Source of the DNA: Octopus sinensis
Taxonomy: Eukaryota
DNA: 64,000 bases
Direction: 5' to 3'
Assembly (NCBI RefSeq): GCF_006345805.1
Contig: NC_043008.1
Coordinates: 15,748,001 to 15,812,000 of the forward strand
Under the pieces are notes generated by a model. It was not told where the DNA came from and ran no database searches. It saw only the letters and a program-made list of their open reading frames with translations. The position numbers and the translations under genes were made by a program. This document shows positions 14,723-28,089 of the stretch, piece by piece; position 1 is the stretch's first letter; every line of letters starts with the position of its first letter.

Positions 14723-15103
14723 TTGCCTTCTTCTTCTTCTTCTTCTTCTTCTTCTTGTCCTTTTTCTTCTTCTTATTCTTCTTCTTCTTCTTCTTATTCT
14801 TCTTCTTCTTCTTCTTCTCCTTCTTCTTATTGTTCTTTTTCTTCTACTTCTTCTTATTCTTCTTCTACTTCTACTTCTTCTTTTTCTTTTTCTTCTGCTT
14901 TTTCTTCTTCTACTATTTCTTCTTCTTCTTTTTCTTGTCCTTCTTGTTCTTTGTCTTTTTCTTCTTCTTGTTCTTTTTCTTCTTCCTGTTCTCTTTCTTC
15001 TTGTTCTTGTTCTTGTTCTTCTTCTTCTTCTTGTTGTTCTTTTTCCTTCTTCTTCTTGTTCTTGTTCTTGTTCTTTTTCTACTTCTTGTTCTTCTTCTTC
15101 GTC

Positions 15104-15155
<52 letters not shown>

Positions 15156-15182
15156 GATGATGATGATCATCATCATCATCAT
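14723..15182. repeat. Degenerate (TTC)n tract grading into (TTA)n, (ATG)n and (ATC)n
   Basis: Visible; produces the poly-S, poly-L and poly-F pseudo-ORFs. Confidence 0.95.
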
Positions 15183-15184
15183 CA

Positions 15185-15390
15185 AGGCAGAATTGTTAGC
15201 ACACCGCGGAAAATGCTTGGCAGTTTTTCGCCCGTCGTTACGTTCTGAGTTGAAATTTCGCCGAGATCGACTTTGCCTTTCATCCGTTCGGGGTCGATAA
15301 ATTAAGTATCAGTCAGGTTCTGTGGTGGATGTGATCGACTTACTCCTCCACACAAATTTCAGGCCTTGTACCTACTGTAAAAAGGATTAT
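15185..15390 (+). mobile_element. SINE family A variant with caggccttgt...aaaggattatt tail
   Basis: Same head and central block as family A; alternative tail shared with 16032, 16362 and 27175. Confidence 0.8.
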
Positions 15391-15398
15391 TATTATTA

Positions 15399-15451
<53 letters not shown>

Positions 15452-15452
15452 G

Positions 15453-16008
15453 AGTGAGAGAGCAGTTCATGCCATCAAAGTGACACTGGGGTAAAATATA
15501 CGAAGCCCAATATACCCATCATGACTACCCGTCTGATAAAGGTACACCAGGCACATGCATCACAACCATATGTGCGCGACATGGTGATCTCATATCAAGA
15601 TAAACAGCACATGACCTTGTAGGTGGGGCCCAGTTAGAATTTTCTTCAGGTTGAGTAGCCCATCCCGCTCAAACGGTCCCTGAATAAGGGTTGTTTAAGG
15701 CTGTTGAAAGAACCACCCATGTCTCCAGAGGTGAACTATTCAAACTCCAAAGAATCCCTCTCAACACATGGCTATGATGCTCCCCCACTACTTCTGCTCG
15801 TGATCAGAGATGCACATATCGTCAGCCACTAAGGGACATGCTCAACTGGTTAAGGTCAAACAACTGACAAGCAAAACTGTGGTATTGAGCAGAATATTTG
15901 CTGTAGCCCATCTTTTATACCAAGACAAAACAATGTACATGATAACACTTCCAATTAGTTAAGATCAGAATCCATGAGAGCCTCTGCCTGGTACTGCATC
16001 AGGGCATT
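15453..16008 (-). mobile_element. About 555-bp non-coding interspersed element embedded in (TAA)n
   Basis: Abrupt GC-richer block (gagtgagagagcag...catcagggcatt) flanked on both sides by (TTA)n; strand assumed from a (TAA)n tail; resembles an abundant octopus repeat (recall). Confidence 0.6.
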
Positions 16009-16031
16009 TATTATTATTATTATTATTATTA

Positions 16032-16278
16032 ACGGCGCGATGGGGCAGAATCGTTATCACGCCAGGCAAAAAGCTTAGCGGTATTTCACCTGTCTGTACT
16101 ATCTGAGTTCAAATTCTACCGAGGTCAACATTGCCTTTCATCCTTTCGGAGTCTTTAAACTTAGTACCAGTGTAACACTGGGGTCGTTGTAACCGAGTAG
16201 TCACCTCCCACAAATATCAAGCCTTATGCCTTCAGTAGAAAAAGTTTTTATCATTATTGATGTTGTTGTTGTTGTTGC

Positions 16279-16311
<33 letters not shown>

Positions 16312-16575
16312 TGTTGTTGTTGGTGGTGGTGTTCTTGTTACTATTAAGGTAGTGAGCTGGAAAAATCGTAACATGCCTGAAAAATTCTTAGCGGCTTTTC
16401 ATGTGTCTTTACGTTCTGTGTTCAAATTCGATCGAGGTCGACATTGCCATTCAATCTTTTGGGGCAAAATAAAATAAGTACCAGCAAAGTACTGGTGACG
16501 TTATAATCGACTAGCTCTCCCTCCTCCAAAACTCCAGGCCTTGTGCCTATAGTAGAAAGGACTTCTACGATAACG

Positions 16576-16611
<36 letters not shown>

Positions 16612-16770
16612 TGAAGGTGGTGCGGTGGTAGAATTGTCAGCGCAGCGGACAAAATGTTTAGCATTATATTTACTGGCTCTTTGGGTTCTTAGTTCAAGTA
16701 CAACCAAGATCAACACTTGTTTTCAGCATTTCAGAATAGTTATTTTCAGAATAGTTAAATCGATGTAATC
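16032..16770 (+). mobile_element. Three consecutive degenerate SINE family A-variant copies separated by (GTT)n and (ACT)n
   Basis: Heads at about 16032, 16362 and 16617 with gagttcaaattc-like B boxes. Confidence 0.7.
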
Positions 16771-16802
16771 GATTAACGTCCGCTTCCCAAAATTCCTCTC
16801 CT

Positions 16803-18170
16803 CTATAGCACGACACTGCTTAGACTCTCAACTAAATGTGTCTTCCTGTTAGCTAACCCCTTGGCCTGAAGCTTCTCATCAGTGTTTATCAGATTTACAG
16901 ACAGAAAATTACCAATGTGAACCCCTTTTCAGTCACTTCTCAGCTGAGCAATCGCTCCTCGACACACAGAACTGTAAATTTGCCCCTCTGTTATTATTGT
17001 GCAAGAGTTCGCAAGTGGCTATTGAATTTTGTCGTTGCGAATAAAGTTCATTTCGTTTTTGTTGTGCCATTTTCTTATTAAGTCCACCAACATCTTTAGA
17101 GGTTAGATGGGTTTAGATTATTTTCGCTCGGAATGGAATAACTGCAACAGGACATCCAAATAATAACTAGACAGCGTATTCTAAAAACAAGTAGATAAAG
17201 ATAGCGTAAGCTGTCTACAGTCTAAAGCGGTCAGATACACAAACCAAACCGTTTTGACCTGTAAGATTAACAGAAATTAGTTTCGTCGGCAAGGGTCTGA
17301 ATGCTGGATGCGTCGCTGCTTGAGTGCCAAGCTTACAGAAGGCAGATTGGTAAATTAATTGAATTGAAATTGACGGAGGCAATTGTCAACAACAAATAGT
17401 GGTCCACCCTGAAACGAGGTGTTAAAGTAGGCTCAGTTAAGTTTAGTATAGTCGTACCTAGAAAGACGGGAAATTTAGTAAGAATGATAAGAAGGCGCTT
17501 AGTAAAATCAGCGCAACCGATTTATTTGCTGTAATATAGTTCTTCATTACGAAACACAAATGATTCATTGTTAAAGTTAAGCCGGTCTCTCTAAGAAACG
17601 AGGGAATGGAAGTCGTTCGAGCGGCTGGAATGGCAGACAAGAAACGGAGCAACAATGCCACAATTCGGTGTTCAGCGGATCATAATGGGAGCATGTTACT
17701 CGAGGCCTAAGCAGATGTATAAAGCTTTTCTGCAACAATTCGGTACACTTTTCAGTCGAATGGCGATCCAGAACGCCGCATAGTCTGCAATTCCTATTTT
17801 AACGGCCTGTCAGGATTCTCAGCAAGGGAAGTCGAGTTTTGCACAATGTTTGTTACGACTGCGAGAACAAGGAAAGCGATGTTCGGTTGTACAGGAGGAT
17901 ATGCACCTGGTTTGGCTTATCTTCATTGCGAGCTTTTCATTGATAAGCCGGATTTGTTTGAAATATCTACCGCAACTAGCAGTCGAGCGGCGAATTCCCA
18001 GTTTTGTGCGTCGAGAAATGATTGCTCAGCTGAGAAGCGACTGAAAAGGGGTTCACGTTGGTAATATTCTGTCCGTAAATCTGATAAACACTGATGACAA
18101 ACTTTAGGCCAAGATGTTAGCTAACACGAAGGCATATTTAGTTGCGAGTCTGAGCAGTGTCGTGCCATAG
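16803..18170. mobile_element. About 1.37-kb segment bounded by 186-bp inverted repeats (unclassified TIR/fold-back element or inverted pair)
   Basis: 16803-16988 aligns ungapped with the reverse complement of 17985-18170 (24 mismatches by hand count); internal part is GC-richer with no recognisable ORF. Confidence 0.75.
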
Positions 18171-20614
18171 ATTTTGGATTTGCTAGTAATGAGTATTAAT
18201 CTATTACACCACTTATCTTTTTTTATATATATTAAACTAAAATCAGAACTCGATTATTGAGAAACATTGCATCTTACAATTTCTTTTTAATCTAAGGCCG
18301 AAGTTATTTGAGTTTTCCATTTTCGCATAGAATTTTGTGCATAACTCATTTCTTAGTTGCAGAAATAGGAAGACAGAACCTTCATTTATAACAATCATTA
18401 GCAATATATTCTAAACTTATTTGATGTTTACTACTAAACTATTAAATCATGTATTTTTTTTTCTCACATTTTTCTCTCACAGACGTTGCTGGATTGCTCT
18501 GGAAATTCATTATTTCTCGTCCCGATTGTAATTTTTCAATGCGTTCCATAATAAATTGCAATGATGGAAAGTTTTATTGATTTAATCTTGCCTTGAGGCA
18601 TTAAAGGATTATTTTTTCATCGAAATTTCTAAAACAATTTACATATCTTATACATCAGTTGTCTGAAATTTTAAGGAGGAATATCTATATATAAAAAGGG
18701 AGAATAATTCCTATTGCGTCATTCTTTGACAGGTCTGTTCTTGCCTTTCAATTGCTATATATTTTATCAGCAATTTATCTTTAATTTATAATACTTTCTC
18801 AACTCCCACGTGATTATTGCTATAGTGTCTGAAAATCGTATTCGTTTAGTCATACTTCATCTATTAAATTTAGTTCTCGCAATAAATTGATAAATTTCTT
18901 AAGTTTATAGCCATATATTATGTGAAGCGAAGAATGAGATAGATAAATATAAAAGTATATAGATAAAACACACACACATGTACAGACACGCTCACTTTTG
19001 CATGCGTCTACATTTGGGATTGTTTGTTTGTTTGTTTTATTACTTTGGCTAATTCTAATGTAATACCTTAATATTTATTGTTAATATTTCTCTAGAGCTT
19101 GTCTGTACTTATTGCTACTGACCGAGCGAATAAAAAGTTCGCTTCCCAATCACATCTTGCAATGGTCATCTTATGTATGAAACCTTTGATGTTTTTTTTT
19201 AAGAAATACCTGTGTATGAAGACTAAGTTAAGATGGTGACACGTCGAATGGCATATACGTACAATTTGAAGGCATATGCTTTTGAAACTGGGTGTCATTC
19301 TGAAGTATGCATCAATTTTATGCGAGTACAATAATTGTGAATGCTGTATTACTCAAACTATGATTATGAGATGAAAAATTGTTATTCGAAATGTTGGAGG
19401 ATTTTTTGTTAGAATGCGTCGCAGAATCTATAAAGGCGTAGAGCTTCTCTTTTTTTTTGTTTTGGAACATACGTACGTACAGTTATTCGGAAATGCATCA
19501 TTTATCTATATAACAAATTACCATTTATCATAGGGTTCTTATCATTCCATGAATTTTAAATTTGTTTAGAATAAAAATATTATCGGGAAATACGAAAGAT
19601 GAATGCAAGTATGTGGGTCTGTAATTTTAGGTGGATATACAAACATAGATATATCTGGTTCCTATGCAGATGACTTACATATTTCTGTGATCTTATCAAA
19701 TGTGCTGAATATATCACAAATATCCCATTAATATTATATTAATAAGTCAATGTTATACTGAAGTCCGAGCACATAGTTATGCTGGAGCCTATGTTTGGAC
19801 ACATCATATAAAAGAACGTGCTCAACATTAAATACAAAATATGGTTCACAAAATTTAAAAAAGCCTTTATCCATATAATATCCGTGTCTCGCTATGAATG
19901 AGAATGCCATAAATATTAACAAAATTCCATATTACTATAAATCAAAAGGGAAGATAGCACATAACTATTTTCATATTAAATACAAAATTTAGAATTTTAG
20001 CCGCCCATTGAATGACGTAGTAATAGACCTCGGCGGATCTGTAAAAGCCCTGTAATTGAATTACTGTGGAAAATTTCAAACAATTATCATTGAATATTCA
20101 ATTACAAACCTGATATTTTGATCCCACATTTGAAATAATTTGTATTTTCCGTCAATAAACAAATCGGGAAATGATAAATTACATTTACCAGATGATTTTT
20201 GCGAATCAACTCATACATGTTACAAAACATGTTAATAATTAGAAAAAACAATGCTGTTGCAAGAACACAGAACCATTCTAAAACTATATAAACATTTGCA
20301 ATTGAAACCCTATTTGATCACCAAATTATAACTTTTTACGCATTAAACACAAATAAGGAAATACTAATGGGAGGACTAAAAACCGAGGGAAGAAATTAAT
20401 ATAAAATCTATTTGAATTTGGTTAATAACAGCAGCAAATATTTATAAAAGTTCTTGATTTTGCAAACTTACACATTTCTACTACGCATCTAACACAAAAG
20501 GTTTTTCACATAAATAATTTTTGCAGGCGGTTTCACGGCTATATAATAACAATTACTAACTGGCTAACATAATTTACTTCATATAAAGTGGATGTCATAC
20601 TCGTTACTAGCGGG

Positions 20615-20925
20615 CGCCTATTATTTAAGCGAAAACGGGAGAGGTATGTCATTATATACGTATAGAAAACTCTGGTGGGGTTGGCACTATTCTTTGGCAT
20701 CAAGGAATAAAAGAAGCACCGAACAGGATGTCACTGCACTACCTCACTCAGACTGAGGACTATGTACTACAGTAACTTGGAATTCAAGGGCCCACAGTTA
20801 GACAGTGACTTGTGAAAATATCTGAAGTGTTCTTCATGGAGTAGGGGTAGATACTTTCAAAGAAACAACTTGATCTCCTGCTATCCACGGACCCGCATGA
20901 ACCTACATCATGGCAAGAAACTCAA
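20615..20925 (+). mobile_element. 3' fragment of CR1-group LINE ORF2 (degenerate)
   Basis: KRERYVIIYV*KTLVGL...FGI...RTGCHC...RTMYYSNLEFKGPQL...VDTFKKQLDLLLSTDPHEPT resembles the CR1-type ORF2 C-terminus (RRERYxIIYxWKIL...GPQLFN...FKxxLDxxLxxxPDEP). Confidence 0.7.
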
Positions 20926-20929
20926 AAAA

Positions 20930-21320
20930 AGGTGAGCTGGCAGAAGCGTTAGCACGCCGGGCGAAATGCTTAGCAGTATTTTGTCTGCCGTTACGTTCTG
21001 AGTTCGAACTTCACCGAAGTTGACTTTGCATTTCATCCTTTCGGGGTCGATAAATTAAATACTAGTTACGCACTGGGGTCGATGTAATCGAGTTAATCCA
21101 TTTGTCTGTGCTTGTTCGTCCTCTCTGTGTTTAGCCCCTTGTGGGTATTAAAGAAATAGGCATTTCGTCTGCCGTTACGTTCTGAGTTCAAATTCCGCCG
21201 AATTCGGCTTTGCCTTTTATCCTTTCGGGGTCGATAAATTAAGTACCAGTTACTCACTATAATCAACTTAATCCATTTGTCTGTGCTTGTTCGTCCCCTC
21301 CGTGTTTAACCCCTTTTGGG
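20930..21320 (+). mobile_element. Head-to-tail dimer of SINE family A
   Basis: Full unit plus a 5'-truncated unit joined at aaaGAAATAggCATTTCgtc (21153-21166). Confidence 0.9.
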
Positions 21321-21923
21321 CAATAAAGAAATAAGAAACTCAAAAGAGGGTAGTTGTGTGTAACTTCCTCCTTCGCCAAAAGTTAATCGCATAAGAAAGG
21401 CCACTGAAAAGATGATGTCATTGGCGGTGCTCCAGCATGGCCATATCCTTTGGGTTGAAACATGAAAGAAAAAAAAAGAACAAGAAATCATTACCACAAC
21501 CTTCATCTTTGCTTGCTGGTTGTTCATACATACGAAACAGCGTCAAAAGAAAATAAGAATAAGTGAAACTGGAGCCCGTCTATTCTGGCTGACTTCCGCT
21601 GGAGTCTGAAACGTGATACACCGGAGATGAAGTAAATACTAAAATACTAAATTGAAGTATTTACTAAAACGAAGAAGTAAATATTAAAATGTAGATTAAT
21701 ACATTATATAATGCTAACAAACATGCCGATTAATTATATATTTATGAATTAATTTCAATGGATATATTTAATCTCAATTCAGGAGCATAATAAATGTAGT
21801 TTAATCTCAATTGTAGTTTAATCTCAATTCAGGAGCATAATAAATGTAGTTTTATATCCAGAATACATGACAATTACATATCAGAAGCAAAGTTTAGGTA
21901 TTTTATACATTAATCTTAATAAT

Positions 21924-22345
21924 AGGCGTAGGAGTGTCTGTGTCGTAAGAAGCTTGCTTACGAACCTCATGCATCAGTGTTCAGTCCCACTGCGTGGCAC
22001 CATGGGCATGTGTCTTCTACTATAGCCTCGGGCCGACCAACGCCTTGTGAGTGGATTTGGTAGACGGAAACTGAAAGAAGCCCGTCGTATATATATGTGT
22101 GTGCGTGTGTGTGTGTGTTTATATGTTTGTGTGTCTGTGTTTGCAACCCCCACCAACATCGCTTGACAACCGATGCTGGTTTGTTTACGTCCCCGTAACT
22201 TAGCGGTTCGGCAAAAGAGATCCGATAGAATAAGTACTAGGCTTACAAAGAATAAGTCCTGGGGTCGATTTGTTCGACTAAAGGCGGTGCTCCAGCATGG
22301 CCGCACTCAAATGACTGAAACAAGTAAATGAGAGTAAAAGAGATC
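21924..22345 (+). mobile_element. tRNA-derived SINE family C with internal (TA)/(TG) microsatellite
   Basis: ggcgtaggagtg...gttcagtcccactgcgtggcacc...cggaaactgaaagaagcccgtcg[(TA)(TG)n]...gactaaaggcggtgctccagcatggccgc...gactgaaacaagtaaa. Confidence 0.9.
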
Positions 22346-22919
22346 AAACCTTTTCATTGACTGGATGTTTAAGTATGTTGTTTAAGTATGCAATGTCATG
22401 ATTATTAACGGTGTATTTTTATGGCTCTCATCCAGCCCGATATTATTCCCGTACAACCCATAATAAGTATAGCGTCATTGTGTGCATGATTATAAGAATT
22501 ATTTCGGCACCCTTCAACGAACGACTATTCCCTGGAACACTTGGAATATATCTTTCCACCCTTTTGTGAAAAAAACTATCAAAAAGTAACTATAAGGATG
22601 CAGTATTTAGTTTTAAAAAATTATTACTAGTGAAAGAACATTTCCCAGACATAAGGCAAACGTGCTGTGACAATGGGTTTTGAAGCGACGTGATGTGAAA
22701 TAAACTTAGAATAAGCAGACTGCTTTTATATAAACGCGTTCATATCTTCTTTTAGATATATACTATCTGGATATATAAAGACAACTGAATACGACTGTAT
22801 GTGATTGGATTTAAGTTTTAAAATATTTTTGCAATAGAGAAACGGCATTTCCCAAAGAGGAAAGAAAAAATAATACAGCTGACAGTTCAATTGGAATTCA
22901 GTCCATTTCTAGCAGAATT

Positions 22920-23139
22920 ATGTATGTGTGTATGTATGTATGTATGTATGTATGTTTATATGTATGTGCGCACGTGTCTGTAGATTTCTGTATATATGAG
23001 CGCAATGAATTTCACTTCATGCCTGGATCCTTGTCTCTTTACATGTATTTGTTAATCCCTCTGTCTGCGAGCATGTGTGTGTTTGTGGATATATATATGT
23101 GTGCGTATGCGTTTGTGTACAATTATGTGCTTTGTGGCA

Positions 23140-23178
<39 letters not shown>

Positions 23179-23468
23179 CGTGTGCGTGTATGTATATATA
23201 TGTATATATAAATAAATATATATATATATATACATATATGTATGTATGCGTGTGCGTATATATATATATATATATATATGCGTGTGTGTATGTGTTTTTT
23301 TGTGTGTGTGTGTGTGTGTGTGTTTGCGAGTGAGTGTATGGATGTATGTTGCTTCAAAAAAAAGTGAGTCTGCTATTTCCGTTGAAGAAATAATCTGAAC
23401 TCTTAATAACTGCCGTCGTGCATGGTTTTATACGTACATAAATACACACACACACAGACACACACATA

Positions 23469-23515
<47 letters not shown>

Positions 23516-23525
23516 ATGCATATAT
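22920..23525. repeat. Compound (TATG)n/(TA)n/(TG)n/(CA)n microsatellites
   Basis: Visible. Confidence 0.9.
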
Positions 23526-24064
23526 ATTCACAGACAGATCTAACCAAATCTCCATCATTTAAATAAAAAAAAAATAATCTTTCACGTTCTAGATTGTTAA
23601 AAATATTCACCATCTTCGAATCATATGATTTTTCTTTAAAATAGAAATCTACCGAAGAATATAAATACTGTTTGTTTTATTTTACATCTTTATATATTTT
23701 ATGGAAGATATCTTACATTATATTTGGAACTTCATGGTTAGAATTAAGAGCATCAATTAGTTTTATGAAAATAAGACAAAAAGCAAAAGAAAAGAAAAAC
23801 GAACTCATATTACTATACTTTTTGTATAACTTTCCAAACGATATCATTCGACTAAAAGATGTATGTTGATTTCTCAGTTCAAGTAAGTTTGAAAGAAGTT
23901 TTCGTTTTGTATAACACTTATAACGATGCAAAAAAAAAACAAAAAACAAATATTAAAACAAAAGCGTCATGATTCTGCGTATCTTAATTGGAAATTACAC
24001 ACATGACTTGCTATAAATAAAAGAAACCACAAAAATCTTGACTACGACAATTTTAAGACCTTCA

Positions 24065-24067
24065 TAT

Positions 24068-24133
<66 letters not shown>

Positions 24134-24205
24134 TATATATATATAATTATATATATATATTTATATATATATATATATTAATATATATATTATATATATA
24201 TTATA

Positions 24206-24238
<33 letters not shown>

Positions 24239-24270
24239 ACATATATATATATATATATTATATATATAAT

Positions 24271-24301
<31 letters not shown>

Positions 24302-24356
24302 AATATATATATATATATTATATATATATATACAAATATATATGCATAAAAAAATA

Positions 24357-24388
<32 letters not shown>

Positions 24389-24416
24389 ATATATATATAT
24401 ATATGTATATATATAT

Positions 24417-24449
<33 letters not shown>

Positions 24450-24555
24450 GCATGTATGTATGTTTATATATAAATATATATTTATATCTATGTATGTATA
24501 TATATATATATATATACAGAGACACACGCATATGTATGTATTTATATTTATATAT
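24065..24555. repeat. Long degenerate (TA)n tract
   Basis: Visible. Confidence 0.95.
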
Positions 24556-25013
24556 TAGCATGTTGTACTGTTTTTTTATTTTCCTCGCTTTTTCGTTGTC
24601 TTATGAATTATATGGATTGTAAAACTAGTTCCATATTTTAAATTGCATAACTGAGTATTATTTTATTCAAAGTTAGTTTTACTAATTTTTCAGTATCAAT
24701 AATTTGTTTTGACATCTAATCGAAGGCTATGGAATTTATAATTTAAAATTCTACGCATGTTTTTCACAATCTATACACTTTTAAATCTGAGGTGATTATA
24801 TTTTTTTTCATAGAGTTCCATTGTATACGTACCACATTTGTCTAACAACTGTTTTAGTCTATCTATAAGTAAGGGGTTACATCGTAAGTGTAAAGCATAC
24901 AGGCTAGTAGTTTATTCTCACATACGTTCAACTTTTAACTGAGTCTATGCAATTTAAAATGTTGGCAAGCGGTTTTAAGGAAATGCCCATTGTTAAATAT
25001 TATTTCCTATTCG

Positions 25014-25385
25014 CGTCTTCTTTCAGTCATTTCACTTCGGCCATGCTGGAGCACCACCTTTAGTCGAGCAACGTGACCGCGGGACTTATTCTTTGTAAGC
25101 CTAGTACTTATTCTATCGAACTCTTTTGCCGAATCGCTAGGTTACGGGGACGTAACAACACGAATATCGTTTGACAAGATATGTAGGGGCACAAATACAG
25201 ACACGCAAAGACACACACATACACACGACGAACTTGTTTGCGTTTCCATCTACTAGATCTACTCACAAGGCTTTGATAGGACCGCGACTATACTATAAGA
25301 CACTTGCGAAAGGTGTCACGCAGTGGAACTGAATACCCAAAGCATATGGTTAAGAAGCAAGCCTCTTGTCACACAGCCACGCCTG
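25014..25385 (-). mobile_element. SINE family C copy (degenerate)
   Basis: Reverse complement of the family C unit. Confidence 0.85.
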
Positions 25386-25426
25386 CGCCTATGTAAATAC
25401 ACACACACACATATGTATGAATATAA

Positions 25427-25494
<68 letters not shown>

Positions 25495-25846
25495 TCAGCA
25501 ACAATTTAGACTCAGATAAATGTTACTTAAGTTGAATCACCAGAATTTAGTACGGTATTATCCATACAATTTTAAAATAAGGTGATGAGAATGAAAATAA
25601 GCAACAAGGATATCCAGAGGTAATGTAGCACGATCGTTTCACGCAACTCCATTTAATTGAACAATACAACCATTACATCATTATATCAAGCAAGTCCTAT
25701 TATTGACCACTAGAATGCGTGCTTGTTTCTAATAAGTTCATCCACACATAAATTAGTGCATTCTTTCGCTACATCTTACGTATACTGAGAAATCATAGTT
25801 GAAAAATAATTTACTGTTCCACATAATACAAACGAGTGGAGGCGCA

Positions 25847-26030
25847 TGATTTGAGGTTCGTGTGCTGGGCTCCTGATCGTGAGATTGTGGTTTCGACTTC
25901 TGGACCGGATGACGGACTGTGGTCTTGAACAAAATACGTCGTTCCAGGTTGTTCCTGTCGATTCAGCTAGCGAAAATGAGTAATCCTGCGACCGATTTTG
26001 CGTCTTGTCCGAGAGTGAGGATATATGCCA
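25847..26030 (+). mobile_element. SINE family B copy (degenerate, partial)
   Basis: ggaggcgcatg...gtggtttcgacttctggaccgg...tcagctagcgaaaatgagtaatcc. Confidence 0.75.
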
Positions 26031-27174
26031 CATATATCGTCTCCATAATCGACATAAGTGTGAAAGAACTTTATCATATAATACAAAATCTTTGATAGGG
26101 CGTAACTGCTAGATAATTCACTTCGAATATAAGTCATTTACAGGAATGGAAGTGATTTATTTTTGAAAGAAACAGCATGCAGAAAAAGGTGATTTGCAAT
26201 GCATAGCTTTTTGTGTGGTTAGTATAATGACTATTATCCTTCGGATCAAAGCTCTTTTATTCTAGTGAAGTTCAGCATCGAAAGATGCAGATTTTACACT
26301 TTTACCATTAATATCATCATTGAAAAGTAATATATTCTTGTGTGAGATGGAACACGTTCAGAATTTAGCTACCTGTGATTTCTTTTCTTGCTCCAATGCG
26401 CTCTCAACTGACTCATAACATATCACAATGGGATATTCTTTTTCTATCTTTCTGAAGCCTTGAGCATATTTCGTTTACTAATTCATACATTTATTTATTT
26501 TTTTTTTTTTTCATTATTCTGTTATTGCTCAAATTCCTTTTCTGAAATTCCTTTTGCAATATAATATAATATAATATAATATAATACAAGCAACGCAATA
26601 TTTTATATGGAAAAAAAGATATTATACGAAAGACATTTCCACTTACAAAAATTCAGAACATATTTGAATGTTTTGCATAATTATAAACAAAACTTCACCG
26701 TATTTAGGAACTGAATGTGAAAGACCTAAAGTGTTTTTACAGATAATAATTCAACTGTGCCTTAAAATGCAATATTAATATGATGATTTCAATGAGTAAT
26801 TTCTAATACGATATTCTGAAAGCCCTCAAGGTAGGAATTCGTCATCCGTCGTCTATAGTATTATTTATAACCTAGCGCATCTACAGAAAATTTTAAAAAA
26901 TTAAAGTATTAAAGAAATTTAATCAGAATACGATACTTCATCATTAATAACTTTTATTTTTCCCCATTGAATTCTATGCCGTTCATGTTCACATATTCCT
27001 TATTTACTTAAAATGACAGCCGCTTCTTAGACATGCAAAATACATTTATTATCTACTAAAATGCTAATCGAACAAAAACAACAACAACAGCAGCAGAAAA
27101 ACAACAAGACAAAAACAACAAAAAAAACACAGCAATAACAAGAACAACAACTGCAAGAACAACAACAACAATAA

Positions 27175-27608
27175 TAATTCTTCATTCTACTAAAAGCACA
27201 AGGCCTGACATTTGGGGGAGGGGGATAGTCGATTACATCGACCCTAGTACTTGACTGGTACTTAATTTATCGACCCCGAAAGGATGAAATCAGAAGGTAA
27301 CCTTACCGACTTAATTATAATAATAATTATGGTTTAAAATTTTGGCAAAAGTGCAGCAATTTGCGGACAAGGTTTGAGTCGATTACAAGGACATTAGTGT
27401 TCAACTGGTACTTATTTTATCGACTGTAAATGGATGAAAGGCAAATTCGACCTCGGCGGAATTGGAACTTGGAATACAACGACGGACGAAATACCGCTAA
27501 GCATTTCACCCGGCGTACTAATGATTCTTACAGCTCGCTGCCTTAGTAATAATAATAATAATAATGATGATAATAATAATAGTTGTAGTAGTAGTAGTAA
27601 TAATAATA

Positions 27609-27659
<51 letters not shown>

Positions 27660-27686
27660 GCAATAATAATAATAATAATGATGATG

Positions 27687-27749
<63 letters not shown>

Positions 27750-27995
27750 GCAACGAAACTCAAAGGAAAATTACAGCAGTACACCAAATCGCTTGTCCTA
27801 TAGTTAATCTATAACACACACAACACACACATATATATTTATATACACGACCGGCTTCTTTACTTTTCCATGTACCAAATCCACTCACAAGGCTTTGGTC
27901 GGCTTGAGGCTATAGTAAAAGACACTTGCCCAAGGTGTCACGCACTGGGACTGAACCCGGAACCATGTGGTTCGTAAGCAAGCTACATACCACAC
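27175..27995 (-). mobile_element. Cluster: two SINE A-variant fragments, (AAT)n tract 27545-27750, and a partial SINE C (27825-27995)
   Basis: Reverse-complement matches to the in-window SINE units. Confidence 0.75.
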
Positions 27996-28089
27996 ACAAA
28001 AAATTTAGGTGATTCAAATCCATCGCCTTCTCATTGTACCCATCTCTCATTATATCATAAAGTTAACTAGGGAACCTTGCTAAATGATT

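Noticed and set aside
14699-15300. 150-180 aa ORFs of poly-S, poly-L, poly-F and poly-K
   Set aside because: Trinucleotide repeat artefacts; likewise 27412-27814.
16875-16881. CTGATGA heptamers in both arms of the inverted repeat (also 18091)
   Set aside because: No stem II followed by GAAA, so not hammerheads.
19633-19731. SYADDLHI (YADD) in a short + frame after an AG
   Set aside because: No flanking RT motifs and a stop 17 codons later; probably chance.
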